Part shown: positions 36,745 through 60,829 of the stretch, one piece after another | Numbering within the stretch: position 1 is the first letter of the stretch | Layout: each line of letters begins with the position of its first letter | Made by a program: the position numbers and the translations under genes | The notes under the pieces: model-generated | What the model saw: the letters and a program-made list of their open reading frames with translations, nothing else | What the model was told of the DNA's origin: nothing | The model's database searches: none | From: Blastocystis sp. Blastoise | Lineage: Eukaryota > Protista > Bigyra: Opalinata | Length of the DNA stretch: 64,000 bases | Assembly (NCBI GenBank): GCA_039096225.1 | Contig: JBBPEB010000006.1 | Location: forward strand, 1,178,001 to 1,242,000 | Direction of reading: 5' to 3'

Positions 36745-38651
36745 ATATATATATACTCTATAAAATAATAAATATCGAATATTAATAATAATAATAATAT
36801 ATAGAGTCAGTATAAGTGGTAGTTATTTAAAAGAAGGTGTTAATTATTTAGCTATAGAAATACATCAATCGACGTTAACTAATAAGAACAATCAATTACG
36901 GTTTACAATGAAAGCACAAGTCGTTACGGGCGTTACAATGCAGCAGGGGGTCCTTGGAACACAATGCGTGAAACGTACAATTAATGGTATCATAACAGAT
37001 AGTGAAAGCTATAATATGGTATATATATTTATAGCTATATATTTATAATTATATATTTATAATTATATATTTATAATTATATATTTATAATTATTAATAA
37101 TAATAATATATCAATTATAGCAATATTATGATGCAGAAAGAGCATTCGATGGAATTTATAATACCACGTGGCTTGAAACGGTTCGTAACGGATATATTCA
37201 GTTCCAGTTCCCTTATGGTCAACGAGAATATATTAATAAAGTTAGACTTTATATTAATCCAAATAACCGCGGGAATGCTCCTGTTAGTTTTAAGCTTTAT
37301 GGTATAAATGATATATATATAACTGAATTATTATCTGTGAATGATAATAATTTATGGAATGAAGAGAATAAGGAGAAGAATTATATAGAATATGATCTAA
37401 TTGAGTCTATGAATACCTATAATGCATATAAATTAACTATTGATGGTATATATAATAATAATTATTATTATTATCTAAGATATTATTATTATATATTTAT
37501 TATTATATTTATTATTATATTTATTATTATATTTATTATTATATTTTATTATTATGTTTTATTCTACTTATTTATACTTATTATAATACATACAATTCTC
37601 TATATATATATCTATATAAAGGAGTGAATGGTGGTGATGCGATTGAACTGAGTGAAATTGAGTATTACACGTGCCAAAGAACATTCTGTTCTTCTATTGA
37701 TAATTATCCTTCTGTATATAGTAATGAATATAGTACAAAAGAATGTAGTAGTGATCCAAATGATTTAATCGTGGGAGATAAGAAAAGACAGTGTGGAGAA
37801 GGATTATTCCCGCAATTCTTACAAGAAGAATCAAATTGCTATGAAGCTAGTTCTTCTGCTCAGCAATATTCCTTTTATCTTCATTATATCTTTAATAATA
37901 TGGATATCACTTCTGTTGATGATAATACACTCCAAGAAGCTATGAATAAAGCTATTAATACTTGTGCTCAACGATTTACTATTAATAATATTCAATTATT
38001 CAGTAAAAATATCTATCCTAATAAGAAAGTATATTTATATCTATTATTTATGTGTAATTATAAGTATTCACAATTTTATATGATATAAAAAATATTTATA
38101 TTTACTATTAATAAATATATATATAATAGTATTAATAATATATAAATAATATTATAAATATTTATATTTACCATTAATAAATATTCTATTTATCAATAAA
38201 AATATATATAGTATATTCAATCAGGCGTTTGGGTTGTTATTGAAACACCAAAAGAATCCGGTACAACAGCAATTAACTACTTCCAACAAGTCACGTGCTT
38301 GAAGACACAATTAAATGCTTATAATAATAAAATATTTACAAGTGATATGACCCTTTCTATAGGTAAGAGTATATATACTTATAATAGTAATATGTCTATT
38401 ACTACTATTCTTATTATTATTGCTGTTTTCATTATAATCGTGGTCATTGTCGCTCTTTGTGTATTTTGTGCCAAGAAGAGCGCAAACATCAAGAAAAACT
38501 CACAACATTCTGGGTATATATATATATATATATAACTTAAATTAGTATGAATAATAATAATATATATATGTATATATATATAAGTTAAATTAGTATAAGT
38601 TTTATATATATAATATATAATTAATATATATATAGATCTACCAAAATATAA
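31174..38651 (+). CDS. Large type I membrane surface protein with putative-Ig repeats, two PA14-like domains, discoidin-like domain and C-terminal TM; more than 20 exons
   Basis: Signal MKCSFLIFISLITA; repeated P.LP.G...D..TG.I.GTP; PA14-like FTATFNGYLDIP...YTFYLSNDAGAQVYIDNEIVIDHDG; TM ILIIIAVFIIIVVIVALCVFCA. Confidence 0.75.
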
Positions 38652-39184
38652 GATATATCCAAAAAAAATAATAATATAAAACTCTCTCTTTATATATATA
38701 TTAAAATATAAATTATTTTAATTTTCTTTGTTCTTGTTCATTTGTTTTTTTCATATTTTTATTTGTTGTTATTAATTTATAGGAATGAAATTATATACTA
38801 GCTATTATAATTTTTCTATGATTATAAATTATTGTTTATATTATTATTTTTAAAGTAGTTTATATATATATATTGTTTTTTATGATTTCGTGGGAATGAA
38901 TTGATATAAATATATAGATTACTAATATATATATGTTTTTTTATATAGTATTTTTAATACTAATTTCTATGTTTTTAATCTTTAAATATAGTTCTCTAAT
39001 TATTTGATATTTTCTTTTTATAAAAAATTATATTTGTTTAAATAATAAATAATATTATTATTGTTTAGTTATTGTATTTATGAATATTTTATTTTTAGTA
39101 GTATATATAATTGTATAATAATATAAAATAATACAAAATAGGAGTTAAAAACGAATTCTTTTCTTTCTATAAAAAAAAAATTGA

Positions 39185-39441
39185 TTATTTTTTTGAAATA
39201 TGAAATGATTTTCTTTTTATTTCTTTTTGTTTTAATTTATATTCAGGCATTTGAGACACATACATCTAGAAAAGTATTATATATATATAGATAGTAGTTT
39301 TATTATTTGAATATATACTTCTTGTTTGGTATCCGCTATATATGCATATACAAATGATTGAGAAGTTTGATATATTGATAATATATATTCTATATATATT
39401 ATTATTATTAAGAATATTCATTTTTATATATTGTTTAAATG

Positions 39442-39480
<39 letters not shown>

Positions 39481-40266
39481 TTTATCTGTATTTTCAACTG
39501 AGATTAAGCTCATGTATATAGAAGGAGATGATACAATTAGTGATTTCATTCTATTTCTAATATATACATATATATTATAATAATTAGAATATTCTATATG
39601 TATATACAATAATAGTGTTTCATATGCATAATTTCCTTCTGTAAAACACAAATCACGACATAAAAACGAAGAAAATAATGATTCCCCACTACCTATATAT
39701 ATAATAATAATAATAATATGTATAATAATAATAATATATATAATAAATATATATATATACCACTAATTACACATCCATTCGTTTTGGTACACCAAAAACC
39801 ACTTCCAGGGATTCCCGCCAATCCAACTCTTCCCGGCAATTTCAGCCAATGCCCGCCACTTGAAGATCCAACACATATTCTATTTGATTCGTATATAAAT
39901 AAAGGAAATATATAGAGTATTATATAGAAAAGAAAAAAAAATGAATTTATACATTTATATATATATATAATAATAATAATAATTAAAGATATATCTATAA
40001 CAAGAACCCCAATTGTGTCTGAAACACAATTATTGAATAAGTTCTCTGTTTGTGGAACACAATTGTTAGGGGTAACTATAAAATATAATTATATATATTA
40101 ATGAAAACAAATATATACAAGTATCATTTTTCTTTTGTTCGTCTATATACAATTTTTTATATCTAAAAAGAATAATAAAATAATATCATCTATATATACT
40201 TTTTAAACTGATTAATCTTCTCTTCTGGTATCTATAAAATAATATATATACTATTATATATATAAA

Positions 40267-40308
<42 letters not shown>

Positions 40309-40917
40309 ATCTATAACATCTTTATTATCAATGAATCCAAGTGAAATTGATGTTTCTAAACCATTTGAGCCACTTATATATAAGGGTGGAATCAATATAG
40401 ATTCCTTTGACTAAAATAGAATATAGAATAATAAAATAAACAACAAGAATACATGAAAATAGTTACAGAGAAGATTAAATGGAATTTTAGAAGGTGTCTT
40501 TATATTTGGTATACTTGCAGCAACAGCATATGTTCCTGTGATTCCATCCATAATACTAGCATCACATTCTAAGGTCTGATTCTATATGAAATTAGAATAA
40601 AAATAGTTCAACAATAGTTATTTTGTTTACAAACGATAAGGAGGATCCATATCCAGCATTGACGATTCCATCAGACTCAATTCGAATAAGTATTTCCTTA
40701 ACAATTTCCATTGAACTCAATTTCTACACATAAATTTATAATTTGTCAATTTAGAAAAATAGTTACAGAATTTATATATGATTTGAATTGATTACAAAGA
40801 GAAAATAAGTAATCTTTATATTCTATTGTACTTTAAAATGTTTATTTGTCTTTATATACTTTGTTCATGATCTTGACTTATTTGTCCAGCACCTAAATGA
40901 AAGCAAATAAATGTCAT
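39185..40917 (-). CDS. TASP1: Taspase-1 (threonine aspartase, asparaginase-2 Ntn hydrolase family), multi-exon
   Basis: Spliced frame has FHLGAG, NAGYGS, ECDASIMDG, IPPLYISG, DTIG (Thr nucleophile), SSGG..LKLPGRVG and SGSGE. Confidence 0.85.
39891..39992 (-). other. AT-AC (U12-like) intron in taspase-1
   Basis: 5' ATATCTTT, branch-like TTCCTTTAT close to a TAC 3' end. Removal gives DTIGVLVID|ESNRICVGSSSGG. Confidence 0.8.
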
Positions 40918-41104
40918 TTACGAAATAAAATAAAGTTTATAATAGTATTCTTTTAAGTTAAATAATAATCATGGAGATTCTGTTAAAATCAAAGAATATT
41001 CCAAGAATCCCGTAATAGATTCTTAACCTCTTCTTTTATTCTTAATTTTTTAAAAAATTTGATAGGTTTTTAGATATTTATATTTTTTTGTTTAATAAAC
41101 TGTT

Positions 41105-43754
<2,650 letters not shown>

Positions 43755-44552
43755 ATAATATATATATATATATAGATTTAATAATATTCATTGAATTCTA
43801 TTTGAACTTTTATTTATATTTGATCATTATCTTAATATTCTTTAACAATACTATTTAAGCTTTTGCTTTAATAATAATATATATCTACTTATTTATTTAG
43901 CTATATCTATCATCATTTATATTTCCCTGTTGTTTTTTCCTTCCTAAACATTTTTATGATTTGCTTATTTATTTTAATTAGAAGGTTTTTATTATATAAA
44001 AATGAGTTTTGCTGATTTGTATTATTTGAATTAAATAAGATATATATATATTATTTTCATGTAATATTTGTTAATTTTAAAAAAATAATTTTTATTTAAA
44101 AAAAAACAAATATATTTGAAACATAGAGTTTTTTTATTGATTTAATTATTCTTACACACTTTGGATATACGTATTTATGAAAAATTAATAATAAATATCA
44201 TCAATAATGTCAATAGACACAATTATCACGTTTAAAAATCACCATTTATGTCGTACTCATATGTTTATATCAAATTTCATTACAATTTCATTACAATTTC
44301 ATTACAAGTAATTCACTCTCACTATATATTACAAATTAAACACAAATAAAAAAATTTCTTTTTAAAAAACGAAATATTCATGGGAAAATCGATAGTAATG
44401 TTCAATCCCTGAATTCTACCCTAAATGTGGGAAATTTTAATTTTTATCTATATCTAAATAAATAATAACGATTAAAACTTAAATTATTCTTAATAATTTA
44501 TTTATAAATTAGTTGATCTATATTTGAGAACATAACGTTTACATAGTAGAAT

Positions 44553-50002
<5,450 letters not shown>

Positions 50003-50609
50003 TATAAACTTTTATTATTATATATATATATATTATTTATTATATCTTATCTGTTTATCTTGTTTCTTATTTGTTTTATATATTATAATATATTCTTTCT
50101 TCTATTGTCACATTATGTCAAGTTATTTTTATTTTACTTTTTATTTTTTTTTTGTTAATTTTTAGATTTTTTTTTTTTTTTTTTTTTTTTGATACATTTA
50201 CAAACATTCTTTATATAATCTTTTCATTTGTTTTTTTCTATTAATATATATATATATATATTAGTAACTTTATTTATTTTATTATATTATGTTTTTGTTT
50301 AACAGAATTTATAACATATAAATGGATAATTAAATCTATATATTAGCATACTTTATTGATTATCCTTATTAATACTTATTTTTCTAGTTTATATGAATAG
50401 TATTTCTTTTATAGAATAGAATGTAAGTGAAAGAGAAGTTTACACTAGTAAAATATGAAATAATAATGCTAACAAAACTAAGACCAAGACAATTAATATA
50501 TATAAACATACAATATAAATACGACAAAACATATATATATAAATAAGAAAACAAAAAAAAAACAATAAATTCTAAGGAGAATAAAACACATAATTATAAG
50601 TATAAATCA

Positions 50610-53530
<2,921 letters not shown>

Positions 53531-53751
53531 TTATGTGAATAATAATATTAGGATGATTTAATTGATCTATTGAAAAAAAATATTTCTGGTTTTTCAATAA
53601 CAGCGAATCACCGAGGTTTTTCCCGATTGTTCCATTTTCAGAATATATCAGTTCATTTCAGTTATTTCTTTTAATTCTTTATATTTTATTTAATAAATAA
53701 AGGTTTATAGTAATCAAATATTTTTTGTATTGTTATAGTTTTCTTTTTCTG

Positions 53752-54334
53752 TTTTATTTAAAGAATCAATATATTTAGAAAAATAATTAATTAATTGAAA
53801 AATGTTTTTAAAATAGTTTATATAGAATTATAAAAATTGATTGTTAAAGAATTATTTTATGTAATAGATATTTTCATATATTTTTTTGTTAATAAAAATT
53901 TAAAAAATAATATAAAAAAAAACATAAACAATAAATAATAATGAATAAATTATATATATAAATTATTAATTAAAAAAAAAATCAATTTAAAATGAGAATG
54001 AAAAGAAATAGGATAGTGATTATAGCTTTAAAGTGGATTCAATTGATTTGAATTCACTTGGATTTTCATCGATAGAGTAATAGGTTTAATTGTATTTATA
54101 TTCACTTCTCGCATCACTTGCTTATATATAGTTGATAATACAGATTGTAAGATCCGTTTGTGATGTTTATTTGTTATAATAAAATTGAAATTGGCATGTA
54201 TAGAATCTTCTTTTTCTTCATATATATCATTAACTATTTGAATACGATAAGGAAGTTCCTATGATTTATATATATTATATATTATTATATATATTACCTT
54301 ATGTAATAACAAAAACACTTTTTCTCGTACTATC

Positions 54335-54371
<37 letters not shown>

Positions 54372-56111
54372 GAATACTTCCATTAATATTCCTTGGAATC
54401 CAGTTGTATTCTTACTATTTCGTGCATATAACCACGGGGATGTCCTAGCATCATCAACGAGTTGATGTACAATATCTTCTGTGCCATCTCTTTCTTTCGC
54501 TGATATCATATATAAATATTTATAATTAAAAGAACGTTGAAACTCATTTAATTCTTCTATATGTTGCTTATAATTATTTATACATTCATTTGTATATATA
54601 TCCATATCTCGAGCTAAAGCAAGTAATTTTGTTTTAGGATTTACTTCATCTATTTTATTAATAACAAGATATAGATTCACATTATGTACGAAACATGTAT
54701 TGATTACCTTATCAAGAACGTCTTTACTTATTGGAGTTAAACCACTTGTACCATCTATTAACTATATATATATATATATATATAAAGTTATTAAATACAG
54801 TTAAACAAGCATCCATTGCAATTAATGTTGATTCTGCTGTAGCCATTAAACCTTTCTCTTCTTTATTCTTCACTCTATTATATACATAACATTATAATAT
54901 ATTAATACTATTATTATTCTATTTATATATAGAATTCTTAACTATAATAATATTATCATCTATTTATATATAGAATTCTTAACTATAATAATTATCATTC
55001 TATGTATATATAGAATTCTTAACTATAATAATTATCATTCTATTTATATATAGAATTCTTAACTATAATAATAATTTTCATACCCTCGTTGAATAAATCC
55101 AGGAGTATCAAAAAATAATAATTGTGTATTTTTTATATTCTTTATACCAGTAATACTATTCCGAGTTGTGTTCCTCTTTGGACTAACAGCAGATATCTTC
55201 TCACCAATCAACGTATTCAATAAAGTACTCTTCCCTTTATATTTATTTATATATTTATATTATTATTATTATGTTTATTATTATAACATACCTACATTTG
55301 GAGCACCACAAATACCTACAGATAAAAGTCGCTCATTCTTATTCTTTAAAAAAAAAATATTTTTTATATAAAATTAATAATAAAATATAGAGAATAAAAA
55401 ATATATTATAAATTATGTACACTCAATTTATTTGGTTTATACGACTCTAATTTTGTAGAAATATCTTTTTTAATATTTAAATTACTCATTTTTGAATCTA
55501 TTGAATCTCTATATCAATAAAAAAAATAATAAATCTTTACTTGATACTTTATATCCTCATTTGAAATATTTATATCATCATTAGATATCTTATGGAATCT
55601 TTATAAAATAATAATATTCTTAAAATGAAAGAAACAATCAACTCACCTTGAAAATGAACGCAAAGAATTACTAGAATTGAACTCTATTACTTTATTTAAG
55701 ATATTCTGAGACGATCTATTGAATAACTGATGCAACATATCAAATAAATGAAATAAATGAAATAGAAATATATTTTTTACTTTTCAAATAAAATTCTTTT
55801 AAAAATATATTCATTTATTATTTTCAATTATATAACTTTTCTTTATTCATAATATATTCTTCTTTGAAATACTTGAGATATCTATAGTTTATTAAGAACA
55901 TATTTATGTTTTTTATAGATATCTATTGTTTAGTGATTCTTTATACTTGCTTCTATTCTATTAAAAGACATATCAATAGTTTATATAGATCATATACACT
56001 TGAATAATGATTTTAAATTAATTAAAATAATAGTATTCTTTTAATTATTCTATTCTTTATTCTCCATATTTCTTATTTTTTTCAACTCAACGAATTAATC
56101 AATGCATTATA
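53752..56111 (-). repeat. Segmental duplication copy 2 (inverted relative to 13611-15949)
   Basis: Near-identical reverse-complement match. Confidence 0.95.
54028..55738 (-). CDS. ERAL1: Era/ERAL1-like GTPase, copy 2
   Basis: Same spliced protein as copy 1 with few substitutions (e.g. KTNLL vs KTKLL) but a different intron set. Confidence 0.9.
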
Positions 56112-56730
56112 TATAATAATCAACTTTTAACGTTTCAAATAGTAAGTCTTCAAATGGAATAAATTTCTTAAAACCGTTGATTTTAATTTATATTAAGTGA
56201 ACAAAATTATACATATCTCTGCCAATATTTTCATATATATATAAATATAAACAATAAGAAGAATCAATAGAAAATACTTCTTTTATAATAAATGTTAGTT
56301 TTTCCTCAAAAGACTCTCTTGGGTATTTATATTTGCCTTGAAAGCCTGTCTTTCTCTATATTTCAGGCTCTCAAGACATTCAAAAAAACTTCTTTGGAGT
56401 TCAGACCTGACTTTTACCATAATTTTGCGATCGTTTCAATTATTGAACAAAATTTTAAAAATATATTTTTAGAATTCAACAAAACCTAAAGAATTCCATG
56501 ATGGGTATGTATCCTAGGTTTAAAAATTTTTAAAAATGAAAATAATCATGGATTTCTGAAGAAAATTACTGAATTATTTTATTTAATCGTGATTTTACAG
56601 TTAGGTATATATAAGAAAACGATTTTTGAGGGAGTTCACGAGAATAATGTTTATGGTGATTTATGAATTCACTTGATTATTTACCAAACATTGGTTTTGT
56701 TATAATTCCAAATTCTTACAACAATACGTC

Positions 56731-58083
56731 ATGTCTGGTATTACTGGTGTCATCATAAACAAGAACTTAGAGAGTTCTGTCACTTCTACTCTTGTGACTA
56801 GTTTATCTATGCTTCAACATCGTGGTCAAAATGGCTGTGGTGTTGCTGTTTCAGATAATGATAGAATTACTTATCAAAAACAAAAGGGTTTAATTTCAAA
56901 TGTTTTCTCTTCTGATGTCGTAAGTAAAATTAATGGATACTATGGTATTGGTCAATGTCATAATAATGACTTTTATAATAAACTTGGTTCTGAACCTCAA
57001 CCTGCTTATTGCAACATGCCGTATATATATAATTCATTATATATTAATATGTTTTTTAATTTATATGAGTCGTTTTATTCTATAAAAATATATAGTTTTG
57101 GTTTAAGTGCTGTTATGAGTGGTGCTATTAATAACCGTGAACAATTACGTAAAGATTTAGCAAAATGTTTAAGATGTATTAACTCCTTTGATGTATATAG
57201 TTGATATTGATATTTTTATTTTTTTATGATTATTTTTTTGTTGATTATTTTTTATTGTTATATATATATAGGATGCTGATTATTTGGTAAATGTATTCGC
57301 TGAAGGTCTTTTAGAAAGCATTAAAGATGTATATATTATTATTATTTATTATTTATTATATTATTATATTATTATATATATGCATCTCTTGATGAGAATG
57401 GTGTTCCTATTGTTACTGTATATTAATATATATATATATAATAGAATAGTATATAATCGTATATGCTATATATAGAAAGATCATGTATTTGCTGCTGTGA
57501 ATAAGATCTATAAGGAATGTAAAGGAGGATATGCTGCCGTTATTCTTATTAATGGAGTCGGTTTAGTCGCTTTTAAAGATCCACATGGAATTCGTCCTTT
57601 AGTATATGGTGAATTACGTTCTGAAAGTGGTTCTCTCGACGGTATATGTATATCTACTGAATCCATTTCAATTACTTCCATTGATTATTCAATTATACGT
57701 GATTTGAATTGTGCTGAAACTCTTTTTGTTGATAAAGATATGAATGTATATATCGATGAATCACGTACTTATGCTAAAGAATTTACACCTTGTATTTATG
57801 AGTATATAAATACTAATATATTATATATATATTTTTTATTTTATATTATTATAAAGTTAATAATAATAAATAAATATAAATAATATATGTATATCTAGAT
57901 ATGTCTTCTATGCTCTTCCTAATAGTGTTATTAATGGTATATCTGTATATCAAGCTAGAGAGAACATGGGTAAGATGCTTGCGGAACAAATTAAAAATAC
58001 ATATATAGATTATGAAGGAGAACAAAAAGTATATATAGTGTTATATTTATTAGAATGAATGTATTAATCAATTAATATAATAA

Positions 58084-58129
<46 letters not shown>

Positions 58130-58979
58130 TTAAGTGATGTTATTACTCACATTATGCCTATTCCTGAAACATCTAGACATACTGCTTGTGCTGTATATAT
58201 ATATATATATATATAATATATATAATAGAATAGTATTATACTTATTATATATATATATATATATAGATATCTCATTTATTGAATATTCCTTATTGTGAAG
58301 GTATTAGTAAGAATCGTTATATTGCTCGTACTTTCAGAATGCCTGGACAAACAGATCGTATTGAAGCCATGAAAATTAAACATAGTGCTATTCCTGTATA
58401 TATATAATATTATATATTATTATATATTATTTATTATATTATATATTAACATTATATATATATCTAGGTAGCTTTAAAGGATCAGAATATATTACTTGTC
58501 GATGATTCTATGATTCGTGGTACTACTGCTTCTATTGTTATTGATACTATTCGTGAAGCTGGTGTTAAACATATTTATTATGCTAGTGCTTGTCCTCCTA
58601 TTAAATATAATACAAAATATGGTTTGAATCTCCCTCAATCTGATGAATTTATTTGTAATAATAAATCATTAGAAGAAGTTAAACAAACTGTATATATTAA
58701 GATATTATAATAAATAAATAAATAAATATAATAATAAATATAATAATATAAATATAATAATAAATAAATATCATAATAAATATATATAATAATAATATAA
58801 ATATAATAATACATTTAATATAATATATATAGGTTGGTGCTGATATTGTTATCTTCCAAACTTTAGAAGGTCTTATTCAAGCTTGTGAAACATGTCCTAA
58901 TTCTTGTCCTTTTAAGATTCATCGTTTTGAAACATCTGTTTTTGATGGTAAATTTATTACTGATGAAGATAAGAATTAA
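56731..58979 (+). CDS. purF: Amidophosphoribosyltransferase homologue (E. coli/yeast type) with degenerate glutaminase domain; multi-exon
   Basis: LQHRGQ, DPHGIRPLVYG, PCIYEYV, PIPETSR, KNRYIARTF.MPGQ, LLVDDSMIRGTT, FETSVFDGKFIT. Confidence 0.9.
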
Positions 58980-59344
58980 TTATATATAATAGTATAAAAA
59001 CTATTTCAATATTTTATTCATTTTCTTGTTTGTATTCATTCTTCTATATTTACTTTTTCTTCTCTATTCTATTTACGAATTCTATATTTTCACTATGAGG
59101 CATTCCCGTAAATATTATTTGCAGATCAACGCCAATTGTTGTAGAATTTTTTTAAGATAAATTCAGACATATGATTAGAGAATATATTCACGGGAATAGT
59201 TTTGTGTAAAAACTGTCCTCTTTTTTAAGAATTTTCAGTGATTTTCAACAAAATTTAAAAAAACACAACAATTTATTAATAATTACAAAATTTAATAACT
59301 AACAAGAAAAACATAATAATATATATATATATAGATATAAGAAT

Positions 59345-59915
59345 AAGCAAGACTTTTAATTATATATAGTTTCTACTAGCCTCTCCTAGTTTCCATTACC
59401 CGATTAAGACTAAAACTAAAAAGAAATATAAAATTAGTATATTAAAATAATATTATTAGATAATATATACCTTTTTTGAAGAACCTTTAGTTAAGACTTG
59501 CACAGGAAAAGGAAAAACTATAAAAATGAATTATAAAGTTAATATATATATATAGAATATACCTTAGAAACCTTTGTAACCCTTATAGGAATGCTTCCAG
59601 AGGACAGAAACCACCTATATACTATAATAATAGCTAATTTTAAAAAATAAATACATAAATAAATACCTTTAAAAGAATACGGATCAGATCAGGAGGACTT
59701 GATACACCACGTACTAGCTATAGAATATAAAAATAGTTAATATATAAAAATATGAATGTAAAAACATACCTTAATACCAAGAAATCAAGATCATGATGGG
59801 TTTCTATCACCATGGTTTAGCTCGAAAAGAATCAGACAAATGGAGCCATATTTGTAGTTATTTTGAGAAGAAAGAGAGCCTATATTATATAAGATATATA
59901 AATAATAAAAATTAC
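59345..59915 (-). ncRNA. Candidate spliced non-coding RNA (5 introns, exons about 47-110 nt, no substantial ORF)
   Basis: GT-AG introns at 59880-59915, 59718-59769, 59615-59666, 59518-59562 and 59416-59470 separate GC-richer exons; four donors are AAG|GTAT. All frames contain stops. Confidence 0.5.
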
Positions 59916-60736
59916 ATTTTTAAAAACTTTATAAAAAGCTTTAATAGATAATAAATAAAAAGATTTATGTCAAAATTCAAAATTTTTTTTACATAAAACA
60001 AACATAGGGTGGCCCTTTTATAAAATCTTTTTTTTCCTATAATAAAAGTCTGTATAATTTTTTTTATTTCCAGGGGTGAACAAATTTTTAAATTTTTTCT
60101 CTGTTTCTCTACTAAAAATAGTCTATTTGAATATAAATTAATATATAAGTGTTGTATGTGTCTATTAAGTTTAATTATTTAATTATAACATATTTCCGGA
60201 CTTAATTAAACAAGAAAATTGCTATTTTAATAAACTATTATTACAATTAAATATATTTGTTAGTTATATTTATACAATAATCTTTTATTTTTAATAAGAG
60301 TGCAATGGAGAATCAAAAAATATATTTAGTATAGTTATTTATGAAGATATAATTCGCAATTTACAACTTTTGTTTTATAATATGTTTTATATCAACGAAT
60401 CATATATTAATATTAGTGAATAAATGAACTGAGAATGTCTGAGAGATTCTTAAGTTGTTTTATACTTTATAAAGAAAATTATAAAAAATTAATAAAAACT
60501 ATATTAATAGTTACTCATTTTTCCTGTTTTTCTAAGAATTCTTTTAGAATAATCTTATTCTTAAATAATACTAAGCAAAATAAATATAATAAATAAATAT
60601 AACACAATAAAAAATAGATAAAATAGATATTAGATAATATATATATATATAAGTAACATCATTATAATACATATAATATATATATGTCTGAAGCTTATTT
60701 CTATCATATATATACATGATTATAAAAATTTGTATA

Positions 60737-60779
<43 letters not shown>

Positions 60780-60829
60780 TTATATTATATATATACATAG
60801 AAGTAATAATTATCTTCAATATAAAAATT

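Noticed and set aside
40465-40480. ACAGAGAAGATTA, matching the U6 snRNA core
   Set aside because: It is not followed by GCATGGCCCC, and it is the antisense of a taspase exon (FNLLC).
59102-59198. Possible SECIS for TGA-containing frames of the upstream spliced unit
   Set aside because: No proper helix II or GA quartet pairing, and no recognisable selenoprotein motif.
59686-59700. TCC TGA T, resembling the antizyme +1 frameshift site
   Set aside because: The +1 frame closes after about 24 codons and has no antizyme similarity.
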